DNA of 64,000 nt from Prasinococcaceae sp. CCMP 1430 (taxonomy: Eukaryota; Plantae; Prasinodermophyta): assembly GCA_013416795.1 (NCBI GenBank), contig RQSC01001236.1:56902-120901 (forward strand), in the 5' to 3' direction. Shown here one piece after another: positions 20,200-31,247 of this stretch. Positions within the stretch are counted from its first letter, which is position 1. The number at the start of each line of letters is the position of its first letter. The notes under the pieces were generated by a model that made no database searches, had not been told where the DNA came from, and saw only the letters and a program-made list of their open reading frames with translations. A program made the position numbers and the translations under genes.

Positions 20200-21259
20200 N
20201 NNNNNNNNNNNNNNNNNNNNNNNNNNNNNNNNNNNNNNNNNNNNNNNNNNNNNNNNNNNNNNNNNNNNNNNNNNNNNNNNNNNNNNNNNNNNNNNNNNNN
20301 NNNNNNNNNNNNNNNNNNNNNNNNNNNNNNNNNNNNNNNNNNNNNNNNNNNNNNNNNNNNNNNNNNNNNNNNNNNNNNNNNNNNNNNNNNNNNNNNNNNN
20401 NNNNNNNNNNNNNNNNNNNNGCCCCCGCCGCGCCGCGCGCGCGCCCTGGCGCGCGTTCGAACCCCTCAGCGCGCCGCGACGCTCGCTCTTCGCGATACCA
20501 TCTTTTTTGTCCTTTTTTTTTTTAAATTTTCATTTCTTTTTTGGCGCGCCGAGGAGGGGGGGCGAACGCCCCCATCGGAACGCACCCGCGCGCGCGCGCC
20601 GCGGAAGCCGCGGAAGCCGCTTTCGACCCGATTTCGACGCCACTCTCCGTCGTTTCGTATGCGCATCGGCATGGCCTCCGCGCGCGAGAGAGATCATTTC
20701 GAATGCGCGAAACGGGTCAGAGTACAAAAACAGGAAGGCGGGGGAAAAATCCGAACATCCGCGGCGGCCGCGGCCGATCGGGGCGCGCCGCGCGAAAGGC
20801 GCGCGTATTTGGGGTTTCGAAAAAACGCGCATCTCATTGATTCATTGATACCTACATACCAAACCCTTTAATCACCAACCGTATTACTAGGGTGTTGGGG
20901 CCGGGCGGCCGGCGCGCGCGCCCGCGCGCGAGAAAAAAATCCGTCGGAAACGCGCGGAGCGCGCGGCGCGAAACGCGCGGGATCCGCGGGACGCGCGCGG
21001 GGTCGACGCGTCGCCCACCCCATTCGCGCGCGCTCGAAGCGGGGTTCGAACCGGGTGGATGCCGCCGTTCGGGCGCGCGAAAGACCCGGAGTGAAAGGTC
21101 GTCACCCGGGAGTGCGGAGAGCTCGCGGCGGCGCCGGGCGAAACGCGTTCGGGGATTTGGAGGCGCGCGGCGCGTGCCGCCGGGCAGCGGTCACTTGCGC
21201 CACAGCGCGCGCGCGTGGCGCGTGTGTTGCGTGTGCGCTCACCGGCGGCCCAGGGGGTA

Positions 21260-21820
21260 GACCCACGAGAGGAAGTTCCTACGCGCCTACGCCCCGCCTC
21301 CCACCAGGGTGGGTGGGTGGGTGGGTGGGTGGGTGGGTGTCGAGCGCGCAAGCGACGCCACCCTGCGGTGCCTGTGGTGCCTTGAGCCCGCGCGAGCGGC
21401 GTGTGTGTGGGCAGGCGCGCGTGTGCGGCCGCGGGTCTCGCGCGGGGGAGCGGCCAACGCGAGGGGTGTGTGGGAGCGAGATGGCGGCGGCGCGCGCGGT
21501 GTGCGCNNNNNNNCCCCCCCCCCCCCCCCTCCTCCCCCACCCCACCCACCCACCCCCCACCCACATCGCACAGGACGTACTCGCCGCGCAAGGGCGAGTC
21601 CGCGGCGAACGCGAGGCTCTACGAGCAGCAGATGGAGCGGCGGCGGCGGCAGAAGCTCAAGACGAAGGAGCTCCAGCGCGAGCTCACTGGACTGCACTCG
21701 ACGGAAGAGATCGTGGAGGACCTCAAAAACTGGAAGTCGCCGCCGGGCGGCTTCTTCGCCGTGCCGCCCGACTCGAGCGATGACGAGGACGAGGAGGAGG
21801 GCACCGAGGAAAAGAAGTAG
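21260..21820 (+). CDS. hypothetical small coiled-coil protein (gap inside intron)
   Basis: Exon after CACAG| at 21572 encodes YEQQMERRRRQKLKTKELQRE..WKSPPGGFF..DSSDDEDEEE, TAG at 21818-21820; candidate upstream exon 21260-21308. Confidence 0.55.
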
Positions 21821-21930
21821 GCCACGGACGGGGGAAGGGCCCGCGGGCGTGGGGATCCGTGTTTAGCCGGCCGGCCGGGAGCGACGCTGGCCTCCGACGG
21901 TGAGTTGGCGAGTAACTCACACGCTGTGTA

Positions 21931-22302
21931 TTAACGCAGGCAAGAGATGTGCTGCCCTGGGATTGCGTGCGGCCACCGCCTGCGTACGCGCGGCGCGGTG
22001 GCGTTTGCGCGGCACAGATCGCTGCGCGCTTGCACGAGCGATTGCAGCTCCGCGGGGAGCGCCCCCCCTCCGTGCGCGTCCGCTGCAGCGCTCGGGGGCG
22101 CGCGCGTCGCAGCTACAGGGGGCGCCCCGGCCAGATCTGCGTGGGCCTTGAGCCGCCCAATGGTGTTTAGGAGGAGCTGCACGTGCTGCACGCCCGCCAC
22201 CGCTGGCTCCGAGGCTGTCGCCCGCGCTGAGCCGCCGCCGCCCCTGGCGGTGCGCGGACTGCGCTTCGCGCCGGCCATCCTTTTGAGCTCATCGATGGAC
22301 AC
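21931..22302 (-). CDS. hypothetical protein
   Basis: Open frame containing VQHVQLLLNTIGRL and LPAELQSLVQARSDLC, with GTACGC donor-like and ACACAG acceptor-like sites; start and end uncertain. Confidence 0.3.
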   Translation of the reverse strand: MSIDELKRMAGAKRSPRTARGGGGSARATASEPAVAGVQHVQLLLNTIGRLKAHADLAGAPPVAATRAPPSAAADAHGGGALPAELQSLVQARSDLCRANATAPRVRRRWPHAIPGQHISCLR

Positions 22303-22463
22303 CAGCGAGTCCGCCGAGCTCCTGTCCGCCGCCCCTTTGCTCCGTGCGCGCGAGCGCGAGGGACGCCGCCGAGCGGCCAGCCCCGCGCGCCATCGAGCCT
22401 CTCCCGCTGCGCTGTGCGCTCGTTGCTCGCCGATCTTACAGACCCTATATTTACAATACCTAA

Positions 22464-22716
22464 TTACGGACGCGTCAATACCTCAAGATGCGACGACTCC
22501 TTTGCGGAGCGAGCCGGGCGCCCGAACGGGCGCGCGCGCGCGCGCGCGCGGGGAACCCCGCCGTTGTACCGGGGCGCGGCGGGTGCCACGCCGAGAGCGC
22601 GGGCGCACCTTCGCCGCCGCTGCGCGCTTGTCCTGCTTGTCCTCACCGCGACGCACCACCGGCGCGATGGCCACCAGCGCTCCCGCCGCCGCCAGAGGGA
22701 GCAGCAGCAGCGCCAT
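22464..22716 (-). CDS. 47-aa signal-anchor microprotein, 2 exons
   Basis: Exons 22716-22609 and 22499-22464 (AAG|GTGCGC..CAAAG|) give MALLLLPLAAAGALVAIAPVVRRGEDKQDKRAAAAKESSHLEVLTRP*; two TGTAA follow on the same strand (22451-22455, 22436-22440). Confidence 0.6.
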
Positions 22717-23059
22717 CCACGCCACCACCACCCGCGCGCCGCGCGCGCGCGCGCGCGCGTTGACCTTTCGAATCCGAGGCGCGCGCGCGCGCGCGCTCGG
22801 GGAACGCGCCCCCCACACAGTTAAGGTTTGCAGTATGTTACAGCGCATTTGGGTTTTGTATCGAGGGTTTGAATTCACACGTTCGCGTGCCCGACGTGCT
22901 CTCGTTCGGCCAATTAGGGCTGCCGCCCGGGCGGCAGGAGCGAGGGCGGGGAAGTGAGCGGGGAAGTGAGCAGGCGCGCTGGCGAGGAGCCGTGGCGTCA
23001 CGCTGTAGGGGAGTAGCAAACCCACCGTCAGAAGTCCATCGCACCTCGCCACTCGTGCC

Positions 23060-24382
23060 ATGGCGTCTGTCGATGCTCCCGCGTACACGTTTTCGGGCAA
23101 GCCACTCCCGCCGCGACACGCCACAGGCCCTGGCCCCGCGGCGTACTCCCCGTACGCGTCGACCTCCAAGGGCCCAAAGTACTCGCTGACGGGCAAACCG
23201 ACCAAAGACATCTATGGGACAAGCAAGACGCCCGCACCCGGCGAGCACGACGCCGGCAGGGCGGGCAGGCTCACGCATGCCAACGCTCCTGCATTCTCGA
23301 TGGGCTCGCGCAGCACAAGGCAGTCCAAGGCGGGCGCATTCACGCCTGGCCCGCAAGCGTACAACACGACACGCGCGTCAGGGGGTGCCAAGTGGACCTT
23401 CGGCACGAGGGGACCCGCGCCTGGTGAGCGACCAGTGGACAAAGATGCGCCCGCGCCGCACGACTACCAGGACGCTGCCACCTCGAGGTCGAGGGTGAAA
23501 CGCAAGGGCAACGGCCCTGCCTACTCGATGCGCCCCCGCACGACGGCCTACGGCACGCTGCAGCCGGGACAAGCAAGCCCGGGCCCTGCAAGCTACTACC
23601 CTGGCGTCTCACGCAAGGGAGGCATCACTCTTGGTGCTCGCCGCTTCCTCCCACAGGTTGACGCCCCCGTCGGTGGGCCCGGCCCTGGCGAGTACAACAT
23701 CCGCGGGGTCGAGGCCAAGACAACGCTCAGGGCTGGCTACAGCTTCGGTGGGCGCACTGCCAGCAAGGCGCGCGCGATGATGCCGGGGCCCGGGGCCTAC
23801 GATACCCGCCCCAAGCGCTCTGTGAAGGGCTTCTCGCTGGGCGAGCGCAAGTTCATCCGCGAGCCTGACAGGTCGCCGGGACCCGCGGCCTACCTGCCAA
23901 AGAAGAGCGACACCAATGGCAAGGGGTTCAGCATGGGCGTGCGCCCGAGTACGAAGAGCGCCAAGTCGCGCATGGAGCCAGGCCCGGGCTCGTACAGAGT
24001 GGGCACGCAGGCCAGGGATGGCCCGTCGTACTCGATGGGCCTCAAGTCGAAATGCGCCGCGGACCAGCCGAGCGAGGGCCCGGGGCCAGGCGAATACCGC
24101 ACGCTGCCGCGCAAGCGCAAGGAGGGCGCCGCGTTCGTGTTTGGAAACAAGGGCAAGTCCTCACTGGGCAAAGCGGGCGTGTCACCGGGCCCAGCGGCAT
24201 ACAACCTGCAGGGCCGAAGGGGCGGCGCGCCCTCCTACTCGCTGTCCTTCAGGCGCCCGCTCAGGGAGGGCGACGCCGACACGCCGGGGCCAGGCCACTA
24301 CAACATCAGGACCACAAAGTCGGGCTCAAAGCTGCTCAATGCCAATGCGAAGGGCAGGTCCATGCTCACCGCCACGGCGTGA
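23060..24382 (+). CDS. ODF3/SHIPPO-repeat (PGPxxY) ciliary microtubule inner protein
   Basis: Many PGP(G/A)xY repeats alternating with YS/FS-(M/L)-G-x-(R/K) segments over 440 aa. Confidence 0.92.
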   Translation: MASVDAPAYTFSGKPLPPRHATGPGPAAYSPYASTSKGPKYSLTGKPTKDIYGTSKTPAPGEHDAGRAGRLTHANAPAFSMGSRSTRQSKAGAFTPGPQAYNTTRASGGAKWTFGTRGPAPGERPVDKDAPAPHDYQDAATSRSRVKRKGNGPAYSMRPRTTAYGTLQPGQASPGPASYYPGVSRKGGITLGARRFLPQVDAPVGGPGPGEYNIRGVEAKTTLRAGYSFGGRTASKARAMMPGPGAYDTRPKRSVKGFSLGERKFIREPDRSPGPAAYLPKKSDTNGKGFSMGVRPSTKSAKSRMEPGPGSYRVGTQARDGPSYSMGLKSKCAADQPSEGPGPGEYRTLPRKRKEGAAFVFGNKGKSSLGKAGVSPGPAAYNLQGRRGGAPSYSLSFRRPLREGDADTPGPGHYNIRTTKSGSKLLNANAKGRSMLTATA

Positions 24383-24550
24383 GGCGCGCGCGCGACGCAA
24401 GCGAGATGCGCCAAGCCAGCGCGGAGGCGTCTGCATCAGCGGTGGCATGCTCGCGCGCCAAAACCAGTCATCTGTATACTCCCCGATTTAGCCCCACAAA
24501 AACGAGCGTCTTCAGCTCGCACTGCGCGTCGCACGCGCGCACTCATCGCG

Positions 24551-26583
24551 CTACGCGCTGGTCGCCGCATTGAAGGCCTCCATCGTGTGGTTGGCGAGGA
24601 ACGCCGGGATGGAGCGGAACTTGTTGATGAAGGTGTCTACCTCCATCTGCATGCTCTTGCTGTACGGATTGGGCAGCATCTCCAGCCCGTGTCCGGGCAC
24701 GTAGTTGAAAACCATGCACTCGGAGGAGTCCTTGGCGAAGCGGCTGGTCAGCGTGAAGCGCTTCGTGGCGAGGGCCACGCCAACCTGCGCGTCGGCGCTG
24801 TTGACCTTGGGTGCGGCGACGTCCTCCACATCCATTTTGTAGCCGTACAAGAAGAAGCACGCCTCGCGGAAGGCGGAGATCTGGTCCTTGAAGACCGTTT
24901 TGTATCGCGCGAGGAACTTTTCCAGCTCGGCGACGCGCGCCTCAGCGTCGCCAGCATACCGCGGCCCTGGCGTGCGAAGCCCCGCCATTGGCGTGCGCGC
25001 GGGTGTGAACGCTGGTGCTGCGGCGGTGCCCTTCCCCGGGCGCGTTTTTGCCATCGGCGTCGCTGCCACCGGCGCCTCGGCTTCGGCGCCGCTGGTCGCG
25101 GGGGCGGCGCCAGCAGCCGTCGACGATGCCTCGAGCTGCTCTCTCAGTGCTGCGTTCTCCGCCTGCAACCGCATGACCTCAGGCGGCGCAGCAAGGTGCA
25201 CTATCTTCGTGCGGGCGGGGTTGTACTCGCCGCGCGCGACGCGCTTCTCCAGCGTGGTCACCTGCTTCCCGAGCCGTTCAACTTCCCGTTGCGCCTCAGC
25301 GTTGATCGCGCGCTGGGAAGCCACCTCCTCTGCCTCCTTTGCGGTCTCGGCGCGCGCTGCCTGCATGTCGCTGTCGCGCTGCGCCAAATCGCTCTCCAGC
25401 GACGCTACCCGCGCCTGGGCCCCTGCAAGAGCCTCGTCCAGCCGGGCGATGTGAGCAGCCTGCGCTCCCTCGATCGCCTTGGCGCCGGCGTCGACGCCCG
25501 AGGCACCTGGGGCCGCCGCCATCTCCTCTTCGAACGACTGAACGACCCTGCGCATGCCATCACGCTCAGCGGCGGCGGCAGCCGCCGCGCCCTCGGCACG
25601 CAGCGCCGCAGCCTTCGCGTCGGCCGCCGACGCCTGCGCGGCCGTAGCGCGCGCCTCGGCCGCCTCAGCCCTGGCCCCGGCCGCGTCCGCCACTGATTGG
25701 ATTTCTGCAACGCGAGCCTCGGCGTCCCCCTTCTGCTTGCGCGCCGCCGCCTCCTCTCGTTGGAGCTGCGAGATGAGCCGCGGGAGATCTTCGGGCACCT
25801 CAGGCCGCAGGCCCGGCACGTCGACCAAAAGCGCCTTCCAGCGCGCCAGCTCGTCCTGCAGCGTGGTCACCTGCGCCGCCAGCGAGTCGGCCTCGGTCCG
25901 CGCCGCCGCCTCGGCGGCCTTGGCTCGCTCGGCCATCGTTTCGGCCGAGGTCACGCGCTCGCGCATCAGGTCGGCGTTGTGCCGCTTTGCCAGCTGGCTT
26001 CGAGCAGCCTTGGTGTCCTCGGCACACGCGGCCAGCTCGGCGCGCAGCTCCTTGGCCAGCCCCTCCAGCTCCTGGTTCCGCGCGGCGAGCGCCGCATCAC
26101 CCGCTCCTGCCGCGGCGCTTCGCTCGGCGCGGGCGGCGGCCAGCTCTGCCTTGGTGGCTCGCGAGGTCATCCTCTCGAGCTCTTCCTCCAAGCTCGCCAG
26201 CGCTGCCGCGTTCTCCTTGGCCTCAGCCTCCGCCACCGCAGCGCGCCCCTCGATTTCGCTCTCCCGCTGCACTGCTGCCCTGCGCGCCTCGTCGGCGGCG
26301 TCCTCTGCCGCGCGCCGGGCCGCGCGCACGGCCTCGGCCTCCGCCGCCGCGGAGCGAAGCTCCACATCAGCCGCGGCGGTGGCGGCCGCCGCGGCCTTCT
26401 GGAGCTCACGCACGCGCCCCTCGGCGACACGCCTCGCCTCGCGCTCGCGCGCCAGCGACGCCTCCAGCGAGGACGCTCGCTCGATCTCGCGCTGCAGCGC
26501 GCCGTCGTCGAGCGCCTCGGCCGCCGCGCGGTGCGGTGCCGCGTTCTCGTCGCTGCGCGGGGCGTGCCCCGCCCCCCGCCAAA
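24551..26583 (-). CDS. MAD1: spindle checkpoint protein MAD1 (5' end in gap)
   Basis: Long coiled coil, RGEYNPARTKIVHL (Mad2-binding region), then FKDQISAFREACFFLYGYKMD and SIPAFLANHTMEAF (C-terminal RWD). Confidence 0.92.
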
Positions 26584-26918
26584 NNNNNNNNNNNNNNNNN
26601 NNNNNNNNNNNNNNNNNNNNNNNNNNNNNNNNNNNNNNNNNNNNNNNNNNNNNNNNNNNNNNNNNNNNNNNNNNNNNNNNNNNNNNNNNNNNNNNNNNNN
26701 NNNNNNNNNNNNNNNNNNNNNNNNNNNNNNNNNNNNNNNNNNNNNNNNNNNNNNNNNNNNNNNNNNNNNNNNNNNNNNCGCCCGCGCCGGCGGCCGCGCG
26801 CCCGCGCGGGGTGGGGGGTGGGGGGGCACGCGTCGCCGAAAAGCGCGCGGGGAGGCGTGGCTATGACAGCACAGAGCGGCGCCCCGCCGGCGCCTCGCCG
26901 CGGATCCGGCCTCGCCGT

Positions 26919-27340
26919 CTACATGGCCCTGACTGCTGCGATGTATTCGGCGTTGCCGCCGTTGATCACCTGCGTGTAGCCCATCTCGGTGAGCAGCACC
27001 TTGGCCTTCTGCCCGCGCCCCCCGCGGCCGCAGTGCGTGATGATGGGCGCGTTCTTGTCGTCGGGTAACGCGCCGGCCGCCGTGCACTTGGCGGCGAACT
27101 CGTCCATCGTGGTCGGGTCGTCGCTCTGCTTGCGTCCCTCCTTGTTCAGCGGCACATGCACGCTGCCCTCAATCACCACGGCGCCCTCCTTCTCGAGCTC
27201 GGCGTCGTCCCTGACGTCAATGACCAGCGCAGTGTCGAAGGGCGCCGCCCGAAGCTCGTCGGGCGAGGCGGCCGAGTCCGCCACAGCCGGCAGCTCGGCG
27301 GCGCGCGGCGCGCAGCGACGCGGAGAGCGCCTCGCAGCCG
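26919..27340 (-). CDS. single-domain rhodanese/sulfurtransferase (5' end in gap)
   Basis: LVIDVRDDAE..IEGSVHVPL..IITHCGRGGRGQKAKVLLTEMGYTQVINGG. Confidence 0.92.
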
Positions 27341-27460
27341 NNNNNNNNNNNNNNNNNNNNNNNNNNNNNNNNNNNNNNNNNNNNNNNNNNNNNNNNNNNN
27401 NNNNNNNNNNNNNNNNNNNNNNNNNNNNNNNNNNNNNNNNNNNNNNNNNNNNNNNNNNNN

Positions 27461-28493
27461 GCCGCAGCGGTCGTCGGCGCCGCCGGCGCCGGCGCGGCTG
27501 GCGGCGCGCGCGTCGTCCTCGGCGAGCGCCTCGGGACCGCCCACGCACGCCCTCGAGGTGCTGCAGCCCGCGTTGGCGCTCCGCAAGCTAGCCGCGGCGT
27601 GGACCTCGGACGTGCCGCTCGCGCGCGCGTACGCTGCCTCCTCGGCCGCCGCCTACGCTGCGGCAGTGGCGCTGGTGGCGGTACCGTCGATGTGCGTGGT
27701 GCCGCTGGGCCTGGCCGCAACCAACGCGACCCTGCACGCGCAGCTGCGCCTGCTGGGCGCCCTACTGCTGCCCACCGCTGCGGCCACGACGGGCCTCGCC
27801 GACGCAGCAGCCAACGACAGGCTGTCGTCGGCGACGTACACTGCGCTCAACGCGGCATTGTTCTACTCATGCATTGCGTGGGTGTACCAAGTGTGCGGCC
27901 TGTTCAAGCTCTCGGCGGATGCCTTCCTGGGCACGCCGTTCGTGCCGCTCATCGCGGTCATGCCGGCGCTCTTCTGCGCGTCGCGCGTCGCGGGCACCTT
28001 GGGGCAGCTGATGGCGGACGTCAAGACTGCCGCGTCGGGGGTCTGGCGGCTCTCAGCCGACGACGACACCACGCTTCCCGCGCGCGCCCTCTCGTTGGCG
28101 GGGTCGTTCATGCTGCTGCTCGGCTTCGCCACGCTCGTCTCGTCGGGCGCGATGATGCACGCAGGCGTCGCCGACGCGTGGTTCGGCGCTGCGACGACTG
28201 GTCCCGCGCAGGTGAACTTCGTCGCGCAGAGGCTCACGGCCATGCCGCTCATCTTTGCGGCGGTCGTCGGCGCGACGCTGAAGTCGGCCGCGGAGCGCGG
28301 GCGGCTTTCAGGCAAAACCTTTGTGATGCTGGCCCAGGCCTACTTGGCTTGCGGCATCATCGGCGCCGCCACCTCAGCGCAGGCCACCGTCGCCGCAGCG
28401 GCGGCCGGCGCGTGGCTGCCCGCCGTCATCCTCGTTGGTTGGGTCGCCGTGGCTGCTGCCGGCGCTCTATGCCTGACCAGCTCGTCGAAGTAG
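27461..28493 (+). CDS. uncharacterised multi-pass membrane protein with internal duplication (5' end in gap; possibly plastid)
   Basis: Several hydrophobic helices; repeated motif DAAANDRLSSATYTALN / SAAERGRLSGKTFVMLA; Ala/Arg/Ser-rich N-terminus. Confidence 0.7.
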
Positions 28494-28729
28494 GTGCGGA
28501 TGCATCGGGGTGGGATGTGCGATGGCGAGACAAAATGTTACAGCGAGGGTCGCAGGAGTACGTGCGGATCGGGAGACGCCGGCATGGCGCTCGTAGGAGA
28601 CGGTGGTAGATACAGTAGAGTACGACAGGAATTGTCGAAGCCCAGCGTGGCCGGCTACCAGCCTGCCTTGGCGACGGGGCGGCGGTGGGGCGCACAGCAC
28701 GCGCGCGAGCATGCGTTGCGCTCAAAATG

Positions 28730-30321
28730 CTAGTCGATGTCGTCGGCGGTGAGGCCGAGGTTTGCCCTCGGCACCACGATGCAAATGGGGGCGCTGTCGG
28801 CCGCTTCATCCAACACCCTTGCCGCGCCGAGCTGTGCAGCGCGCTCGTCGAGCTGTGCGACGCGCTCGGCGCCCCGGAGCTTCTCCAGGCCGCGCCGCTC
28901 CTGCTCGTCGATAGCCTTCTCTGCCGCGGCGCGTTCGTGGCGTCTCTGAGCCCCCCTGGCATCGCGCTGGTCCTTTTCAATCCGCGCAGCCGCGGCACCT
29001 TCGCAGTTCACGGCACCGCCGAGCGCGCGCTGGAGCTCTCGTGCACGCTCGAAGCCCACGCCAAGGAATCGCGCGCGGTAACGCGCGGCAGCCTCCGCGT
29101 CTCCCGACGCCTCGCAGAGGGCCGTCAAGGCGCCACAGGCAAATGATTGTTTGGCACCATCATCTACTGCCGTCGCCTGCGCCAGCAGTTTCTCGATCGT
29201 CTCACGGGCCTTGACAAACATGCCGAGCTTGCCTTGCTCGTTGCCAAGCGCTGCGAGCGCCTCCGCCTCCGCCGCCGCATCGCCGTCGCCACGCGCCGTG
29301 AGCGCCGCCCGCTCGAGCTCGCGCAGCCGCGGCTCCACGCGCGCCGTCTCCTTCGCACAGAACAGACGGAGGGCCTGCGCCGAACAGCGAGTTGTATTCG
29401 GCCGTGCCCGCGTGGGTTGTCGCAGTCAGCGCACGCCATGCGGGTGCGCACGAGCGCACGCACTGGCGCGCAAGAGGGGGGGAAACGCAGCAGCACGCGA
29501 AACGGCGCAAAATTGCGCGCGCGTACCTCCGTCTCGTCGGGCGCCTTGGCGCCAACGCTGTCCGCCGCCGCTGCCGCCGCCTCACAGCTCCTCGCCGCCG
29601 CCCAGAAGCGACCCATTGAGCGCTCTGCCTCCGCCGCGGTCACGTGCGCCTTTGCTGCCGTGTGCGCATCTACGCAGGCGGCGGCGCGCGCGTCATCGAG
29701 CGCGTCTTCGAGCCTGCCTCGCCTCTTCAGTGCGACACTTCGGTTGACGAGCACAACAGCGCGCTCGCGCGCAGGAATCTCGTCGGTGGGGAGCGCAAGT
29801 GCCGCATCATAGCATGCGCACGCCTTTATTAGCTCGCCGCGAGAGGCAAGCACCTTCCCGCGCTTGCGAAGGTCACGCGCGCGCTCCGCTGGGCTCTTGC
29901 CAGGGAGCTCGTGCTCCTCGTCGGGCAGCGGGTCGACCATCATTGCAGGGCCGCCTCGCGTCGCGCAAGTGCCTGCAAGTGCGCCCTGCGCGCCCTGTGG
30001 TCGCTTGAGCACATCGTTGATGTCGACCTCGGCCTCCTCGAGGTGCTCGATTTCGCGCCGGCGCGCGGCATGCTCACGCTCGTTCTCACGCTGTATCTCC
30101 TCCTCAATGTTTCGCGGCAGCCTGTCGCCACGCTTGAAGCGCTCGGTGGCGGGAGTCACCCTGCACGCCCCCGCCTCGAGGGACGCCATGTACGTCTCTT
30201 CAAGCTCGTAGGTGTGCTGCAACAGGTCCGACACCGTGCGGAAGCACTCGAGCGGGATGGGCCCCTTGCTGGGGATGGGTGGCCGGTTGCGCTCCCACTC
30301 GCGAATCTCCCAGTCCCACAT
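28730..30321 (-). CDS. TPR-repeat protein, 2 exons
   Basis: GKVLASRGELIKACACYDAAL..VVLVNRSVALKRRGRLEDALDDARAA TPR pattern; exons 30321-29527 and 29350-28730; TGTAA on this strand at 28538-28542. Confidence 0.8.
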
Positions 30322-30760
30322 GGCCGCCGGCCGCTCGGCCGGCCGGCCCGCACGGGCCCGATACCCTCCCTTCCGGCGCCCGACGTGCGTCGGCGCCTCC
30401 GGGGGCTGGGGGCGTTGCTCGGGCGGGTGGGCGCGCGCGCGCGCGCGCGCGCTCTGTAACGGCCCGCGCTGCGCCGCCTCGGGCGGACGGCCTTCGGTTG
30501 GGGAACTTTTTCCACCCTCGGACTTTCCACCGAATTCGCCTCGGAAAACCCCAATAATGGCATACAAAAAAGGATACGAGCCTTCATTTTGAACTAATTA
30601 GGGTAAATAATCATATCAGGGTTCCACATTGATACTGATTTAGATGTATCCAGCGTGTTGCAACATGGTTAGGGTTGGGAAAAGCCGTCGCGTTGGTTCC
30701 CCTTCCCCGAGAGCGGCGCGCAGAGGCCCTGCTGGAGCTGCGCCCGCCGCGCCGCCGCCC

Positions 30761-30843
30761 GCCACACGGCGGGCGCGGGGGGTGCGCTCCGCCGCGGCAC
30801 CTCGCCACACGGCGGGCGCGGGGGGTGCGCTCCGCCGCGGCAA
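30761..30843. repeat. 43-bp direct repeat, 2 copies
   Basis: GCCACACGGCGGGCGCGGGGGGTGCGCTCCGCCGCGGCA begins at 30761 and again at 30804, in the divergent TPR/MKK3 intergenic region. Confidence 0.85.
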
Positions 30844-31247
30844 GCCACAACCACCACGGACTTTGGTCGTGCACGTCCCAAGGGCGACGCCCCTCGTGTC
30901 GCCCCAAGCGCTCACCACCTCGACACCCCGCCCCCCCCCCCGGAGCGCTGCGGCGCAAGCGCGGAAAGCGCCCCCGCGCCGGGTGGTGCCATGCCGACCC
31001 CCCGCATGCTCGGTCTTGCCATCAGCTCGTCGCGGGGCGATGGTGAGCCAATGGTGCCCGCATCGCCCAGGGAAGTTGCCGCTGTTGAAAGGGGCGCAAG
31101 CGGCGGCGGCGCTGTGGTACGTGGGCGGAGCGGCCTGCCAGCACACGCCGAGCGCGCTCGCTGCAAGCAGGCCCCGCCGCTGCATGCGCGCGCGCCTTGC
31201 GCCCATCTGTCTGAGCAACTGCCGCCGCCGCGGACCACGCCTTTCAG

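Noticed and set aside
30640-31240. Several 100-230 aa ORFs between the TPR gene and MKK3
   Set aside because: Low-complexity, mutually overlapping and without motifs; likely promoter or 5' UTR intron (TTTCAG directly precedes the MKK3 ATG).
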